Below, one piece after another: positions 17,071 through 26,251 of a DNA stretch of 64,000 nt. The position numbers and the translations under genes were made by a program. Source of the stretch: a virus; IMG/VR virus record IMGVR_UViG_3300044858_005015, positions 4,270-68,269 of that record; one strand, 5' to 3'. Position 1 is the stretch's first letter. Each line of letters starts with the position of its first letter. The notes under the pieces were generated by a model. The model was not told where the DNA came from and made no database searches. It saw only the letters and a program-made list of their open reading frames with translations.

Positions 17071-17792
17071 AACAAGTATTACTCGTAACCGCAACTAAAG
17101 CTAAGACTCTAGAAGAGTTTCAGCAAAGACCTCTAGCTAAGTCTTTACAAGTGCTCTGTGACAGGAGATACGACAAGTCAATGTTCGACTTTGAAGTAGT
17201 TAAGGATAACTCAACCGGCTTACCTGAAGTCTACAACCGCTATCTGACTGAAGAGAATAAGGACAAATTACTACTTTTTGTACACGACGACTTGGAGATC
17301 CATGACTTGAACTTAGTAGAGAAGCTTAACCAGTCGCCTTGGGATATTACCGGTCTGGCGGGAGGTGCTACGTTTGAACTAAAAGATAAGAACTTATGGC
17401 ACATTTGTTCAAAGCGTGAATCTCAAACCGGCTCTGTCAGTCATCCTCTCTGTTGGCAGGAAGGCAATCAGCTCAAAGTAGACAATACCCGACAGATTGT
17501 TACCACCTTTGGACCGACCCCTATGAGAGCTCTAATTCTAGATGCACTGTTTATGTGTGTTAACGTTGAGAGAGCTCTAGAGGTAGGCTTTAAATTGGAC
17601 GAAGACTTTAAGTTTCACCACTGGGACATTTCTTCCTGTCTTTTGGCTAATGAGAAGAAGCTAACTATGGGCACCTATCCTGTTTACTGTCTGCATCATG
17701 GCCTGGGCAATTCGTTTATGTCTCAGGACTGGGAAGATTCTAATAACATTTTTAAAGATAAATGGCAAAGTGCCTTGAAGAAGTCTGAATAG
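17067..17792 (+). CDS. GT-A fold glycosyltransferase (Glyco_tranf_2_5/StrF-like)
   Basis: YN, FVHDD, GLAG, LDALF, FHHWD, H..G motifs. Confidence 0.8.
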   Translation: MKQVLLVTATKAKTLEEFQQRPLAKSLQVLCDRRYDKSMFDFEVVKDNSTGLPEVYNRYLTEENKDKLLLFVHDDLEIHDLNLVEKLNQSPWDITGLAGGATFELKDKNLWHICSKRESQTGSVSHPLCWQEGNQLKVDNTRQIVTTFGPTPMRALILDALFMCVNVERALEVGFKLDEDFKFHHWDISSCLLANEKKLTMGTYPVYCLHHGLGNSFMSQDWEDSNNIFKDKWQSALKKSE

Positions 17793-17812
17793 CCTTTATA
17801 TTATTACACACT

Positions 17813-18400
17813 ATGATTATTAAACGCGATAAACTAAAAGAGTTAACTGGATCTGATTACTACTGCGGTAAAGCGCTACATGAACGCTTAGCTTACAAGC
17901 TTTACAAGAAGGAAGTTAACCCTTTGGGCAATATTATTTCTTTTATTGCTCCCATGACTGTGATCGAGAACCTTATCGACCTCGAGGATTCTCTTAACAA
18001 AGACTATATCTATTCTGAGTCAGCTATGAATTTCCTTATGGAGATTCCTGGTAAGGATCTTTGGGGTGGTACCTTGTTCCAGCGCTTGCTTAATGCTCAG
18101 GTCGGCTCTTTACTCTGTTCAAAGTATCTGGAGACTGATGGTTATGTTGACGGAGACGACATTATGGTCAAGGACGGAGATGAGTATAAGAAGGCTTCAG
18201 TTAGTATTGCAGCTGAGAAGAACGGAGCCGTTCTAATCCATCTCGGTATTAATATTAATGCCGGTCCTAAAGCACCTTCATTTGCCTATTCAACCAACCT
18301 TTCTGAAGAGAAGGCTGTTGACTTTATGACTGAAGTTGAAGGTATCTTTTATGAGATTCTAACTTCGGTCTTTGTAGCGACCACGAAAGTTGTAGTGTGA
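17813..18400 (+). CDS. DUF366 family protein (class II aaRS/biotin-lipoate ligase-like fold)
   Basis: DLED, NF..E, QRLL, DGDDIMV, K.SVSIA, IHLGINI motifs recalled for DUF366. Confidence 0.75.
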   Translation: MIIKRDKLKELTGSDYYCGKALHERLAYKLYKKEVNPLGNIISFIAPMTVIENLIDLEDSLNKDYIYSESAMNFLMEIPGKDLWGGTLFQRLLNAQVGSLLCSKYLETDGYVDGDDIMVKDGDEYKKASVSIAAEKNGAVLIHLGININAGPKAPSFAYSTNLSEEKAVDFMTEVEGIFYEILTSVFVATTKVVV

Positions 18401-18750
18401 CGATATTTGACTATCTTAAAGACGTTGTTGTGTTCAAGAAGGGCAGTCTGCCTTTAGACGAGTACATTCCGTTTCTCATCAATCGGTGGCTGTCCTTCTT
18501 TACCCCTCAAGTCTGTCCTGCTATTAACGAGAGTGTTAATAGACTGGGTAGTATGGACAAGGAGCAGCATTACAGGCTTTTGCTAAGGCTTTTTCCTAAG
18601 CAGAAGTTTATGCCTCGGATCAACTATATTAAGAAAGTCAAACACGAGAAGACTAAAGAGGATGATAGAATAGAACATCTATCCCAGAACCTAGAACTGT
18701 CACAGAGAGAAACGAAACTATTACTGGAACTTACTGAACAATTAACTTAA
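18397..18750 (+). CDS. T4 gp62-like clamp loader small subunit
   Basis: FDYL...Y.PFLINRWLS...N.....DKEQHY..L pattern. Confidence 0.7.
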   Translation: MTIFDYLKDVVVFKKGSLPLDEYIPFLINRWLSFFTPQVCPAINESVNRLGSMDKEQHYRLLLRLFPKQKFMPRINYIKKVKHEKTKEDDRIEHLSQNLELSQRETKLLLELTEQLT

Positions 18751-18762
18751 ATTTAAACATAT

Positions 18763-19176
18763 ATGATAGCTAACTCAATGGCCGGCCTTGCTGCCGAAAA
18801 CAACGGAATCGCACCTGAAGATTATAAAGACTTACCCTTACCGGAAGACTACGAAATTGTAGAACTTTTGTCTAATGTAATTTCTGCAGAGTACGTTGAT
18901 ACTAGTCCAGATGGAGAATCGATTGTTCGTAACGGAATTTATCTACCCAAGTCAGTAATCGATCACAGGGCTTGGCGTGTAGCTAGAGTAATTCTTGCAG
19001 GCCCGGCATGCAAGCAAGTTAAGCCAAATGACATTATTATTTTCCCGGGAGATAGAGGATTGCAGTCAATTCAAAAGAATGGTAAGATGGTTATTTTTCT
19101 ATCTGAAGAACGCATCTTCGGTATTTGTAGACCGATGGCAAAAGAAGAATCGAAGAAAGATAAAAAGAAGAAATGA
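18763..19176 (+). CDS. GroES-like co-chaperonin (T4 gp31 analogue)
   Basis: GIYLP...RVILAGP..KQVKPNDIIIF...FLSEERIFG. Confidence 0.7.
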   Translation: MIANSMAGLAAENNGIAPEDYKDLPLPEDYEIVELLSNVISAEYVDTSPDGESIVRNGIYLPKSVIDHRAWRVARVILAGPACKQVKPNDIIIFPGDRGLQSIQKNGKMVIFLSEERIFGICRPMAKEESKKDKKKK

Positions 19177-19559
19177 GATTAGGCCGTGCAGCATTAGCTC
19201 AGCTTTTGATGACTAATGTTGTTGAATTGAGATTTAAAAGACGTATTGAGAAGGCTGGGTTCGGTGATTATCGCCGAATGCTGTGCACTAATGATAGAGG
19301 TCTTCTTATGTCTCAACTCGGCCGTAATATCCTCAACTTTGAACCGGCAACTCAACCTCCTAAGTATGACCCAGCTTCTAAGAACCTTATCATCACCTGG
19401 GATATTTTTATGCAGAATTATAGATGCATTAACTGTAATGATGTGGAGGTGGTTGCCGTTATCAAGACCTCTCCTGATCCTAAAGAGTTTTGGCAATACT
19501 TCAATGACAAGATTGCACCTATGCCGGCAGTTCAGAAGGCTGCCTTTATGAACAAGTAA
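19173..19559 (+). CDS. DUF2693/WYL-like SH3 beta-barrel protein
   Basis: VVELRF.R.....R.M.CT...WDI....YR.I. Confidence 0.55.
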   Translation: MRLGRAALAQLLMTNVVELRFKRRIEKAGFGDYRRMLCTNDRGLLMSQLGRNILNFEPATQPPKYDPASKNLIITWDIFMQNYRCINCNDVEVVAVIKTSPDPKEFWQYFNDKIAPMPAVQKAAFMNK

Positions 19560-19563
19560 TATT

Positions 19564-19944
19564 ATGATATCCGTACCTTCAGCCTATTTAGAAGAGTTGC
19601 CCGGAGAGGCTTTTCTCACCCGAGTTCTTCAATCACCAATTAAGTTTATTTTAGGACAGAAGACTATAAAGCAAGGAAGGCTAGTTCTGTTTAAACGCAC
19701 CCATTACTATCTTCATATCACTTTATTAACTTCTAAAGATACTAAAGAGTCGTTTGAGATTCCTATCCCTTTTAGAGTTGAAGAGTACGCCCAGGAAGGA
19801 CTGGCTTATTTTGATTATAGGGTGCAGGGCTTAGGAGGCATGCATGAAGAGCTTAATAACAGACTAGCAAAGGTTAGAATCAAATCTACCAACCCTTCAC
19901 AATATCTCAATAAGATCCTAGAGATTCAGACCAATTCTGTATAA
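19564..19944 (+). CDS. hypothetical protein
   Basis: ORF track. Confidence 0.65.
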   Translation: MISVPSAYLEELPGEAFLTRVLQSPIKFILGQKTIKQGRLVLFKRTHYYLHITLLTSKDTKESFEIPIPFRVEEYAQEGLAYFDYRVQGLGGMHEELNNRLAKVRIKSTNPSQYLNKILEIQTNSV

Positions 19945-19947
19945 ATA
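19940..19947 (+). promoter_or_regulatory. T4-type late promoter TATAAATA
   Basis: Exact T4 gp55 consensus 8 nt before ATG 19956. Another exact copy at 36734-36741; TAAATA cores at 11753, 22970, 28343, 33449 and on the minus strand at 8269, 9211, 48122, 62355, 63730. Confidence 0.75.
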
Positions 19948-19955
19948 ATATACAT

Positions 19956-20843
19956 ATGGCAACTAAAAATTTTGATTCTCTTTTTGAACAACTCCTAACT
20001 GAACTTACACCTGTTGGTGCTGAATATGAAACGTTTTCCGGATCACTTAAATCAGGTATTGGATCAGCTCCTGGTGGTGGATACCTCATCGGTAAATTAG
20101 CTGATGTTTTAGGTAAATCTAAAGAAGAAGTAGTCGACATGATTTCTAAAGAGCTTTACGACAAAGTGTTCCCAGGTGGTACAAATCCTGCTAACAACGA
20201 AGATGCTTATCGGGCTTCTATCACAAATGCTTTAATTGAAATTGTTAAAAGTATTCAAGAAGAGCAAGGAGTTAAGATTCCTGGTGCTGGTAGAGCTGTA
20301 GCAGGTTATACAGCAAGACTTATTTCCCAGCTTGGTGCTGCTAAGAAGGAGTATGGTGCTAAGGTATCTAGACAAGAAGTTAAAGCTGCCGTAGAAGATG
20401 CCGAGCCTGTAGAGAACGGCAAGCCTGCTGCTCCTAAGGCACCTAAGGCTGCTCGTTTTATGGACGAAGCTGAATATGAAATTTTAACTCCTGATGAGAT
20501 GTCAGGTGCTGGTGTTGAGCTCTCAGACGATCTTAAGACTTATTATGCTCGTGTTGAGAACATCGCCGACCAAGTTCAAAAAGGATCTGATCTCGTTAAG
20601 GCTGTTCAACGCGGAGGTACTGATGTAGGTTCTGCCACTAAGGCTGTTAGCGCTTTGATTAGAGCTGGTGCCATCAAATACGCTTCAGCTGAGAATTCAG
20701 ATCAGGATATCGAAGCTTTAGAAGCTGGTGAAGAAGATATTGAAGATATTGGCCGTAAAGAATTTGAGCGCTCTTTTGGCAAAGTTTATAAAGATTATAT
20801 GGCTTCCCAGCCCGGTGCTATGTCATATGGATTTGAAGACTAA
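19956..20843 (+). CDS. late protein, candidate internal head/core protein
   Basis: Late promoter; NFDSLFEQLLTE N-terminus; A/E/K-rich. Confidence 0.6.
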   Translation: MATKNFDSLFEQLLTELTPVGAEYETFSGSLKSGIGSAPGGGYLIGKLADVLGKSKEEVVDMISKELYDKVFPGGTNPANNEDAYRASITNALIEIVKSIQEEQGVKIPGAGRAVAGYTARLISQLGAAKKEYGAKVSRQEVKAAVEDAEPVENGKPAAPKAPKAARFMDEAEYEILTPDEMSGAGVELSDDLKTYYARVENIADQVQKGSDLVKAVQRGGTDVGSATKAVSALIRAGAIKYASAENSDQDIEALEAGEEDIEDIGRKEFERSFGKVYKDYMASQPGAMSYGFED

Positions 20844-20851
20844 TTTTTAAT

Positions 20852-20992
20852 ATGAACATCAACACACCTCACTTTAATACTATTCTCGAATCTGTTAATT
20901 CAACTCTTAACGAAGCTAAGAAGTCTTATTCTTCTAAAAAGATGAAAATGACTAAAGCAGTTAAGAAGAAAGTTAGAGCTAAATCAAAGTAA
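20852..20992 (+). CDS. 46-aa highly basic protein
   Basis: Manual translation MNINTPHFNTILESVNSTLNEAKKSYSSKKMKMTKAVKKKVRAKSK. Confidence 0.55.
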   Translation: MNINTPHFNTILESVNSTLNEAKKSYSSKKMKMTKAVKKKVRAKSK

Positions 20993-21398
20993 TCTGCTCT
21001 ACTTCAATCCCGAATTCTTTTGCTATCTCTTTAAAGGGATAAGGTATATCGGGTCTATATTCGTGTTGGTAGACGATCTTTTTAATCCCGTAAGCTGCCA
21101 AGGACTTTAGACAGTCATTACAAGGCGACAGGGTACAGGCAGCTAGATAGCATTCATCAGGTCTTACCATCCTCAGTCCATTTATTTCAGCATGGACAGC
21201 TCTAAGAAGCTTTTCTTTTCTATTATTCCAATCTATCTCTACTCCAGAGGGGGCGCCATTAAAGCCTGCTGAAGCTATAGTGTTGTCGTGTCTTAGGAGC
21301 ACACATCCTACCTTATGCCTCGGGTCCTGAGACCGAAGAGCTACTACTTGAGCTATGCGTAAAGCGTATTCTTCCCAGCTAATTCTACTCTCGGCCAT
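20979..21398 (-). CDS. dCMP deaminase
   Basis: RSQDP..KVGC, GFNG.P, HAEINGL, SPCNDC; start MAESRISWEEY. Confidence 0.9.
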   Translation of the reverse strand: MAESRISWEEYALRIAQVVALRSQDPRHKVGCVLLRHDNTIASAGFNGAPSGVEIDWNNRKEKLLRAVHAEINGLRMVRPDECYLAACTLSPCNDCLKSLAAYGIKKIVYQHEYRPDIPYPFKEIAKEFGIEVEQITLI

Positions 21399-21399
21399 C

Positions 21400-21552
21400 T
21401 TATGGTTCTTCAAATGCAGGTAGTTCTGCATCAGGTACAATTAGTAGACGCTCAATGTCATCGATCTTGAACTTGATCATAACTAATGAGACAGTGACGG
21501 CCAGGAGAAGGCCTACTACAGCAAACTTCCAAATAATATTAAATGTATCCAT
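21400..21552 (-). CDS. small membrane protein
   Basis: Manual translation MDTFNIIWKFAVVGLLLAVTVSLVMIKFK... Confidence 0.5.
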   Translation of the reverse strand: MDTFNIIWKFAVVGLLLAVTVSLVMIKFKIDDIERLLIVPDAELPAFEEP

Positions 21553-21553
21553 A

Positions 21554-21841
21554 TTATACTAAATGTTCTTCAATAGCTTGTTCTAGTAAGTCATTAATGA
21601 CATCATTAACAGAGACGTCTCGTTCGCAAGATTCTTGTACTAGCATTTCTAGGATGCTTCGATCCCAGTCTGTTATATCAATTTCCATTTTTACGTAAGG
21701 GGTAAGCTTAACGGCTCCGTCTACTACTTCCCAGGAGTACTTTTGACCCTTCTCCATTTTAAGCTCTTTGAGCTCTTCGTCAGTAAATTGAATGAAGTAT
21801 TCTTCGCGCGACTGCACTACTTTTTGAATAGGTTGTTTCAT
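21554..21841 (-). CDS. AbrB/MazE-like DNA-binding protein
   Basis: YFIQF.DE.LKEL.M.KG....WEV.DG.V.L.P. Confidence 0.55.
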   Translation of the reverse strand: MKQPIQKVVQSREEYFIQFTDEELKELKMEKGQKYSWEVVDGAVKLTPYVKMEIDITDWDRSILEMLVQESCERDVSVNDVINDLLEQAIEEHLV

Positions 21842-21868
21842 AGAGAGTATTATAAAAGGAAGTTTTAA

Positions 21869-22111
21869 TTACGCAAGCTGTTTTAAAAACTGTTCTTTAC
21901 TTTCGGCATTTAACCGATCCTTTATATAGACTAGCAAATGTTTAAGTTCAGTGTTCGTTAGATGCAGTTCTACTCTTATCCCGTCGTATTCAGATCCGTA
22001 ATCACATTCTATCTTAACAGTTACCGGGGGACAGTGCCTGAACAGAGTACCGGAGAAGTCAGAATAGTAAATAGTTTCTTCTGGTTCAGCAGGTTTAAGT
22101 ACCTTTTTCAT
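21869..22111 (-). CDS. hypothetical protein
   Basis: ORF track. Confidence 0.6.
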   Translation of the reverse strand: MKKVLKPAEPEETIYYSDFSGTLFRHCPPVTVKIECDYGSEYDGIRVELHLTNTELKHLLVYIKDRLNAESKEQFLKQLA

Positions 22112-22160
22112 ACAGATAATTTAGTTGCCAGTTCCTTAAATGGCTACTAATATAGGGTGT

Positions 22161-22394
22161 ATGGCTGGAATGTCACAACGCGAATACAACGAATTAGTCG
22201 ACGAAGCTTTAGTACTCTTTGGAGGAGGAGCTCCGTGCTGTAGTATTGATCCTCGTCTGTGGGGTGACTTTAAAGAGCTCTACAAAGAGTTTAATGATGC
22301 CGTTCCTAAGTCTGATCAGTGGTCATTCGATCAGGTTTCAGAATGGCTGGACGCATACAAAGAAGCTAAGATACAACAACAAAAAAATCAATGA
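22161..22394 (+). CDS. hypothetical protein
   Basis: TTGCCA-N17-TAATAT (22125-22153) places the start at MAGMSQ. Confidence 0.55.
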   Translation: MAGMSQREYNELVDEALVLFGGGAPCCSIDPRLWGDFKELYKEFNDAVPKSDQWSFDQVSEWLDAYKEAKIQQQKNQ

Positions 22395-22891
22395 TTGTTA
22401 AAAAAATTACTAACCCCCCTGTAGAGGGTATTTACTCTTCTACTTTAAAAGCTAGGGTCTGGTGGGTTGTTCGAGACTTGCTTTCCTATATCCCTTATCC
22501 TGTTCGGGACTTCTATTGGAAGCATATCCGCACTTTGTGGAAGCCTCAGCATTCCCGGGTCCGTAAAGCTATTCCTCGGTATTGGGTTGATAAAGATCGT
22601 ATTCTTCAGAGTGTCTGTTTTGAGATCATTAAATCCTTTTATGAAGATGAGTATAAGGCTGGTACAGTTGACTGGGAAGGCACAGGAGGAGATGCTATGA
22701 AGTTCGTTGACTGGCTCGAACAGGCTTATACATATATTACATCTGTTCGTCCTACTCTAGAAAAGCGAATCGAAGAAGCTTATGACACCTCTAACTACAG
22801 GAAAGTAGAGAAGCTTGAAGGTCAAATGGAAGACATGGATACTGAAGTTCTTACTGATCTGGTCAAGTGGCGGGGACATATGTGGACTTAG
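22391..22891 (+). CDS. conserved phage hypothetical protein
   Basis: W.D.D..I....FE; ends L..LVKWR..MWT. Confidence 0.65.
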   Translation: MIVKKITNPPVEGIYSSTLKARVWWVVRDLLSYIPYPVRDFYWKHIRTLWKPQHSRVRKAIPRYWVDKDRILQSVCFEIIKSFYEDEYKAGTVDWEGTGGDAMKFVDWLEQAYTYITSVRPTLEKRIEEAYDTSNYRKVEKLEGQMEDMDTEVLTDLVKWRGHMWT

Positions 22892-22982
22892 TATAGAGGT
22901 ACAATTTGCTAATGTTTGGTTGTTGAATATCTTTTTTTATAGACAGATAAGATTTTAAGTATATTATAATAAATATACAATT

Positions 22983-23603
22983 ATGTTACCAACTGTTATG
23001 CTCGATATGGACGGCTTACTGGCCAATCTATTTGATACAGTTGGTCATAAATTTTACGGTAAAGACTATAAACTTCTCACTAAAGAAGAAAAACTAAAAA
23101 TTAAAAAGATTTGGGTTAATAAAAAAGAGTTTACGAAACATTTTACTTCCGTAAGAGAGTTATTTGCTGACCTTGAGCCGTTCGGTACTAACGGCGAAAT
23201 AACTAAAGCAATAGTACAAGCTGTCGTCGATGTTTTTGGAGGGTATAATATTTTGTCTCATCCTGCATCAATTGACAAAGAAGGATGTATTCAAGGAAAG
23301 AAAGAATGGATTAGGAAACATTTAAACCCTCTACCTAAAGAAATGTTCTTTCCTCAAAACAAATCTGACTATGCTATGAGAGAAGGAGTCGCTAATATTC
23401 TTGTAGATGATTTTAGTCCATACATTGAGTCTTGGAGATCAAAAGGAGGTTACCCGATACAGATCAGGTCAGATATGTTTAAGTCTGGAGAAGAAGCTAA
23501 AAATATTTTAACAAAAGAATTAGAAAAAGCAAAAAGAGCTCTTGTAAATGAATCAAATTTTATTAGAATGGTAAGAAACATTCTCAATGAAACTAAATAC
23601 TAA
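22983..23603 (+). CDS. HAD-family 5'(3')-deoxyribonucleotidase-like protein
   Basis: LDMDGLLAN, ILS.P, K.EWI..H, LVDD...I..W...GG. Confidence 0.8.
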   Translation: MLPTVMLDMDGLLANLFDTVGHKFYGKDYKLLTKEEKLKIKKIWVNKKEFTKHFTSVRELFADLEPFGTNGEITKAIVQAVVDVFGGYNILSHPASIDKEGCIQGKKEWIRKHLNPLPKEMFFPQNKSDYAMREGVANILVDDFSPYIESWRSKGGYPIQIRSDMFKSGEEAKNILTKELEKAKRALVNESNFIRMVRNILNETKY

Positions 23604-23913
23604 AAACTACACTAAGCTTGTTTCTTTATTTCTAAGCACAACTTTTATTTGTTCCTGTACCTACAATGATATGAGTAGGCTGTTTGCTGACCGACCTGAT
23701 TCGTATGCTAAGTTTATGGGAGAGTTTGATTATACCAAGGAAGTCAATGAGTCAGCTTATAATAAGTTCGGAGTAGACTTTAAAAGACCGATATATGAGA
23801 CTAAAGACAAAAAGAAGATGTACTATGTAGGGGGTAATGTTTATCATAACTACGATCTCTTCAATAGATCTTATTACGTTAACGGGTTCGGTCATATAGG
23901 GGTTGAGTATTAG
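23587..23913 (+). CDS. putative lipoprotein/exported protein
   Basis: Hydrophobic leader ending CSC; C-terminal GVEY. Confidence 0.5.
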   Translation: MKLNTKNYTKLVSLFLSTTFICSCTYNDMSRLFADRPDSYAKFMGEFDYTKEVNESAYNKFGVDFKRPIYETKDKKKMYYVGGNVYHNYDLFNRSYYVNGFGHIGVEY

Positions 23914-24109
23914 GATAGTTCCTATATACTGTTTATATGAAGTCTATTGATATGCTTATTATTGTTGCTATGTTTGGATTACTTTTTATAATTGATATTC
24001 AGCAGATGGTTAAGAACCGAGAACTACAAGCTCAAATTGATGAGCTGAAGATTATTGTAGAACAGAAGTTTTTACCAGCTATGATTTTAGAAGAACCTAA
24101 TATTAGATA

Positions 24110-24964
24110 ATGCGTACTATTATTATTCCAGATATCCATCAAAGAGTAGATACCATAAAAGCTATTCTTGATATTGAAAAAAACTATGATGAAGTAGTTT
24201 TTCTTGGTGATTTTTTTGATTCCTTCTACGAACCTCCTTATGTTGCTTCGTTTGAACATACTTGTGATTATCTTAAACATCTTGTTTTAGATCATCCCGA
24301 TAAAGATAAATTTGTTTTTCTGTTGGGAAATCATGATGTTTCTTATATATATGAAAATAAAAATTTTTCAGACAAGGGTATTTCTAAAACTCTGAAATAT
24401 TACTGTTCTGGATTCACTAAATCAAAAGCTTCTAAATTTCGTCATTGTTTTTTTGATAAAGGTCTTAAAGATGATTTCTTTTTTAAAAATTTTAAGTTGG
24501 CATATAGAACACAAGGTTGGACATTATCGCATGGAGGAATTTCTATTCAACATTTCCCCTATGGATATACTATTGATAGACTTATTAATGAATTATTGCC
24601 TGATGTTTGGCGTAACTTTAGAAACTTAGAATACAATCATAATTGGCTGATCTCTGGAGCAGGTGTTCACAGAGGAGGTAATCATAGTGTGGGAGGGGTT
24701 CTTTGGCTTGATTGGAGGGCAGAATTTTATCCTTCTATAGATATTGGTAAGCAAATTGTGGGTCATACCACAGTCAGGGAGCCTGAGTGTTTACATATGG
24801 GTTCAGAATATGAATCTTGGAATCTTGATACTGGAAAAGATTACGGTATAATCATTGACAGTAGGATGACTACAAAAAAGATACCTAATATGGTTGGAAG
24901 CCAAAAGCCGGAGACTCTTCGCTGGGATCATTCTGACGAACTTAAAAGGTACTTAGAATTATGA
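24110..24964 (+). CDS. calcineurin-like metallophosphoesterase
   Basis: DIH, GDFFD, GNHD, HGG, GHT. Confidence 0.9.
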   Translation: MRTIIIPDIHQRVDTIKAILDIEKNYDEVVFLGDFFDSFYEPPYVASFEHTCDYLKHLVLDHPDKDKFVFLLGNHDVSYIYENKNFSDKGISKTLKYYCSGFTKSKASKFRHCFFDKGLKDDFFFKNFKLAYRTQGWTLSHGGISIQHFPYGYTIDRLINELLPDVWRNFRNLEYNHNWLISGAGVHRGGNHSVGGVLWLDWRAEFYPSIDIGKQIVGHTTVREPECLHMGSEYESWNLDTGKDYGIIIDSRMTTKKIPNMVGSQKPETLRWDHSDELKRYLEL

Positions 24965-25170
24965 ATGTAAGAGAACTAATTGAATTATTGTCCAAAGAAG
25001 ATCCTGATAAGCTTGTTTTGGTTTCGGGTTATGAATCGGGTTACGAAGCTCTTAAGAAGGTTAGTCAGATAAAAGTTAAACGCGAACCAACCGAGCATTG
25101 GTGGGCTGGGGAATATGAAGATTACCCTCCTGAAGAATGTAATATAGAAGCTATACTTTTACCTCGATAA
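24961..25170 (+). CDS. hypothetical protein
   Basis: M.V.ELIE.L...DPD..V...GYE.G pattern. Confidence 0.65.
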   Translation: MNVRELIELLSKEDPDKLVLVSGYESGYEALKKVSQIKVKREPTEHWWAGEYEDYPPEECNIEAILLPR

Positions 25171-25222
25171 GTCCAGAACTAGAACAGAAGCTAACTGACA
25201 AAACCTCTATGGAGTCTCTGAT

Positions 25223-26236
25223 ATGAATAAATCTCTCAATTATAAAGACGTTCACCTTGTACCTAATTACTCTGATCTCAAATCGCGCTCAGAGGCTGAC
25301 ACCTCAGTCAAGTTAGGCAATTTTACTTTTAAGCTTCCTATTGTACCGGCTAACATGGCCTCTTGTATCTCTTATGAGAAGGCTACTTGGCTGTCACAGA
25401 ACGGTTACTTCTATATCCTTCACCGGTTTTATGACTATGATGAGATCTTGAACTGGATGCGTAGAATGAACAAGTGTTCTGATCTTCTACCTTTTGTTTC
25501 TATCTCAGTAGGTATTAAGCAGAGAGATGTAGAGTTCCTGGCTAAGGTGGTAGACGAGAAGCTTAGACTTGACTTTATTACTGTTGATGTGGCCCATGGT
25601 GACCATGAAGAGGTTATCGGTATGTTAGGATACTTGAGGGCACTTAGACGCTGTGTCTACCCAGAGCTGTTTATCATCGGTGGCAATATTGCTACACGGA
25701 GCGCTTTCCAGCGGCTTAAGCCATATGTAGATGCGGTGAAGGTTGGTGTAGGCCCGGGCGCAGCCTGCACAACTTACAATAAGACAGGGTTTGCATCTCC
25801 TATGTTTTCTACCGTAAAAGAGATTGCTGAAGTTAAAGAGTCTCATTCTATGGCTGGTAACGGAGAAGGTTCTACACCTCCCTATGTAGCACCTCTCATT
25901 ATCGCCGATGGAGGTATTTCTTGTAATGGAGATATTGCCAAGGCTCTAGTAGCAGGAGCTGATATGGTTATGGCTGGGTCAATGTTCGCCCGGTGTATTG
26001 ATTCTCCGGCTATGGTCGACCCTACTGATCCTACTAAGAAGCTCTACTTCGGTTCTGCTTCTGCTATGAACGGCAATAAGAAGAACATTGAAGGACGGAC
26101 CTTGTCTATGCCTATGAACGGGATGACCTACGAACAGAAGATGAATGAGGTTAGACAGGATTTGGCATCAGCTGTTTCTTATGCTGGAGGCAATGATTTA
26201 GAAGCCTTCAAAGAAGTTGAATACCGTCTCATTTGA
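25223..26236 (+). CDS. guaC: GMP reductase (IMPDH/GMPR family, no CBS domains)
   Basis: PANM, DVAHG, GNIAT, KVGVGPGAACTT, IADGG, GDIAKAL, GSAS, EG. Confidence 0.85.
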   Translation: MNKSLNYKDVHLVPNYSDLKSRSEADTSVKLGNFTFKLPIVPANMASCISYEKATWLSQNGYFYILHRFYDYDEILNWMRRMNKCSDLLPFVSISVGIKQRDVEFLAKVVDEKLRLDFITVDVAHGDHEEVIGMLGYLRALRRCVYPELFIIGGNIATRSAFQRLKPYVDAVKVGVGPGAACTTYNKTGFASPMFSTVKEIAEVKESHSMAGNGEGSTPPYVAPLIIADGGISCNGDIAKALVAGADMVMAGSMFARCIDSPAMVDPTDPTKKLYFGSASAMNGNKKNIEGRTLSMPMNGMTYEQKMNEVRQDLASAVSYAGGNDLEAFKEVEYRLI

Positions 26237-26251
26237 GTGTATAATACAGAG

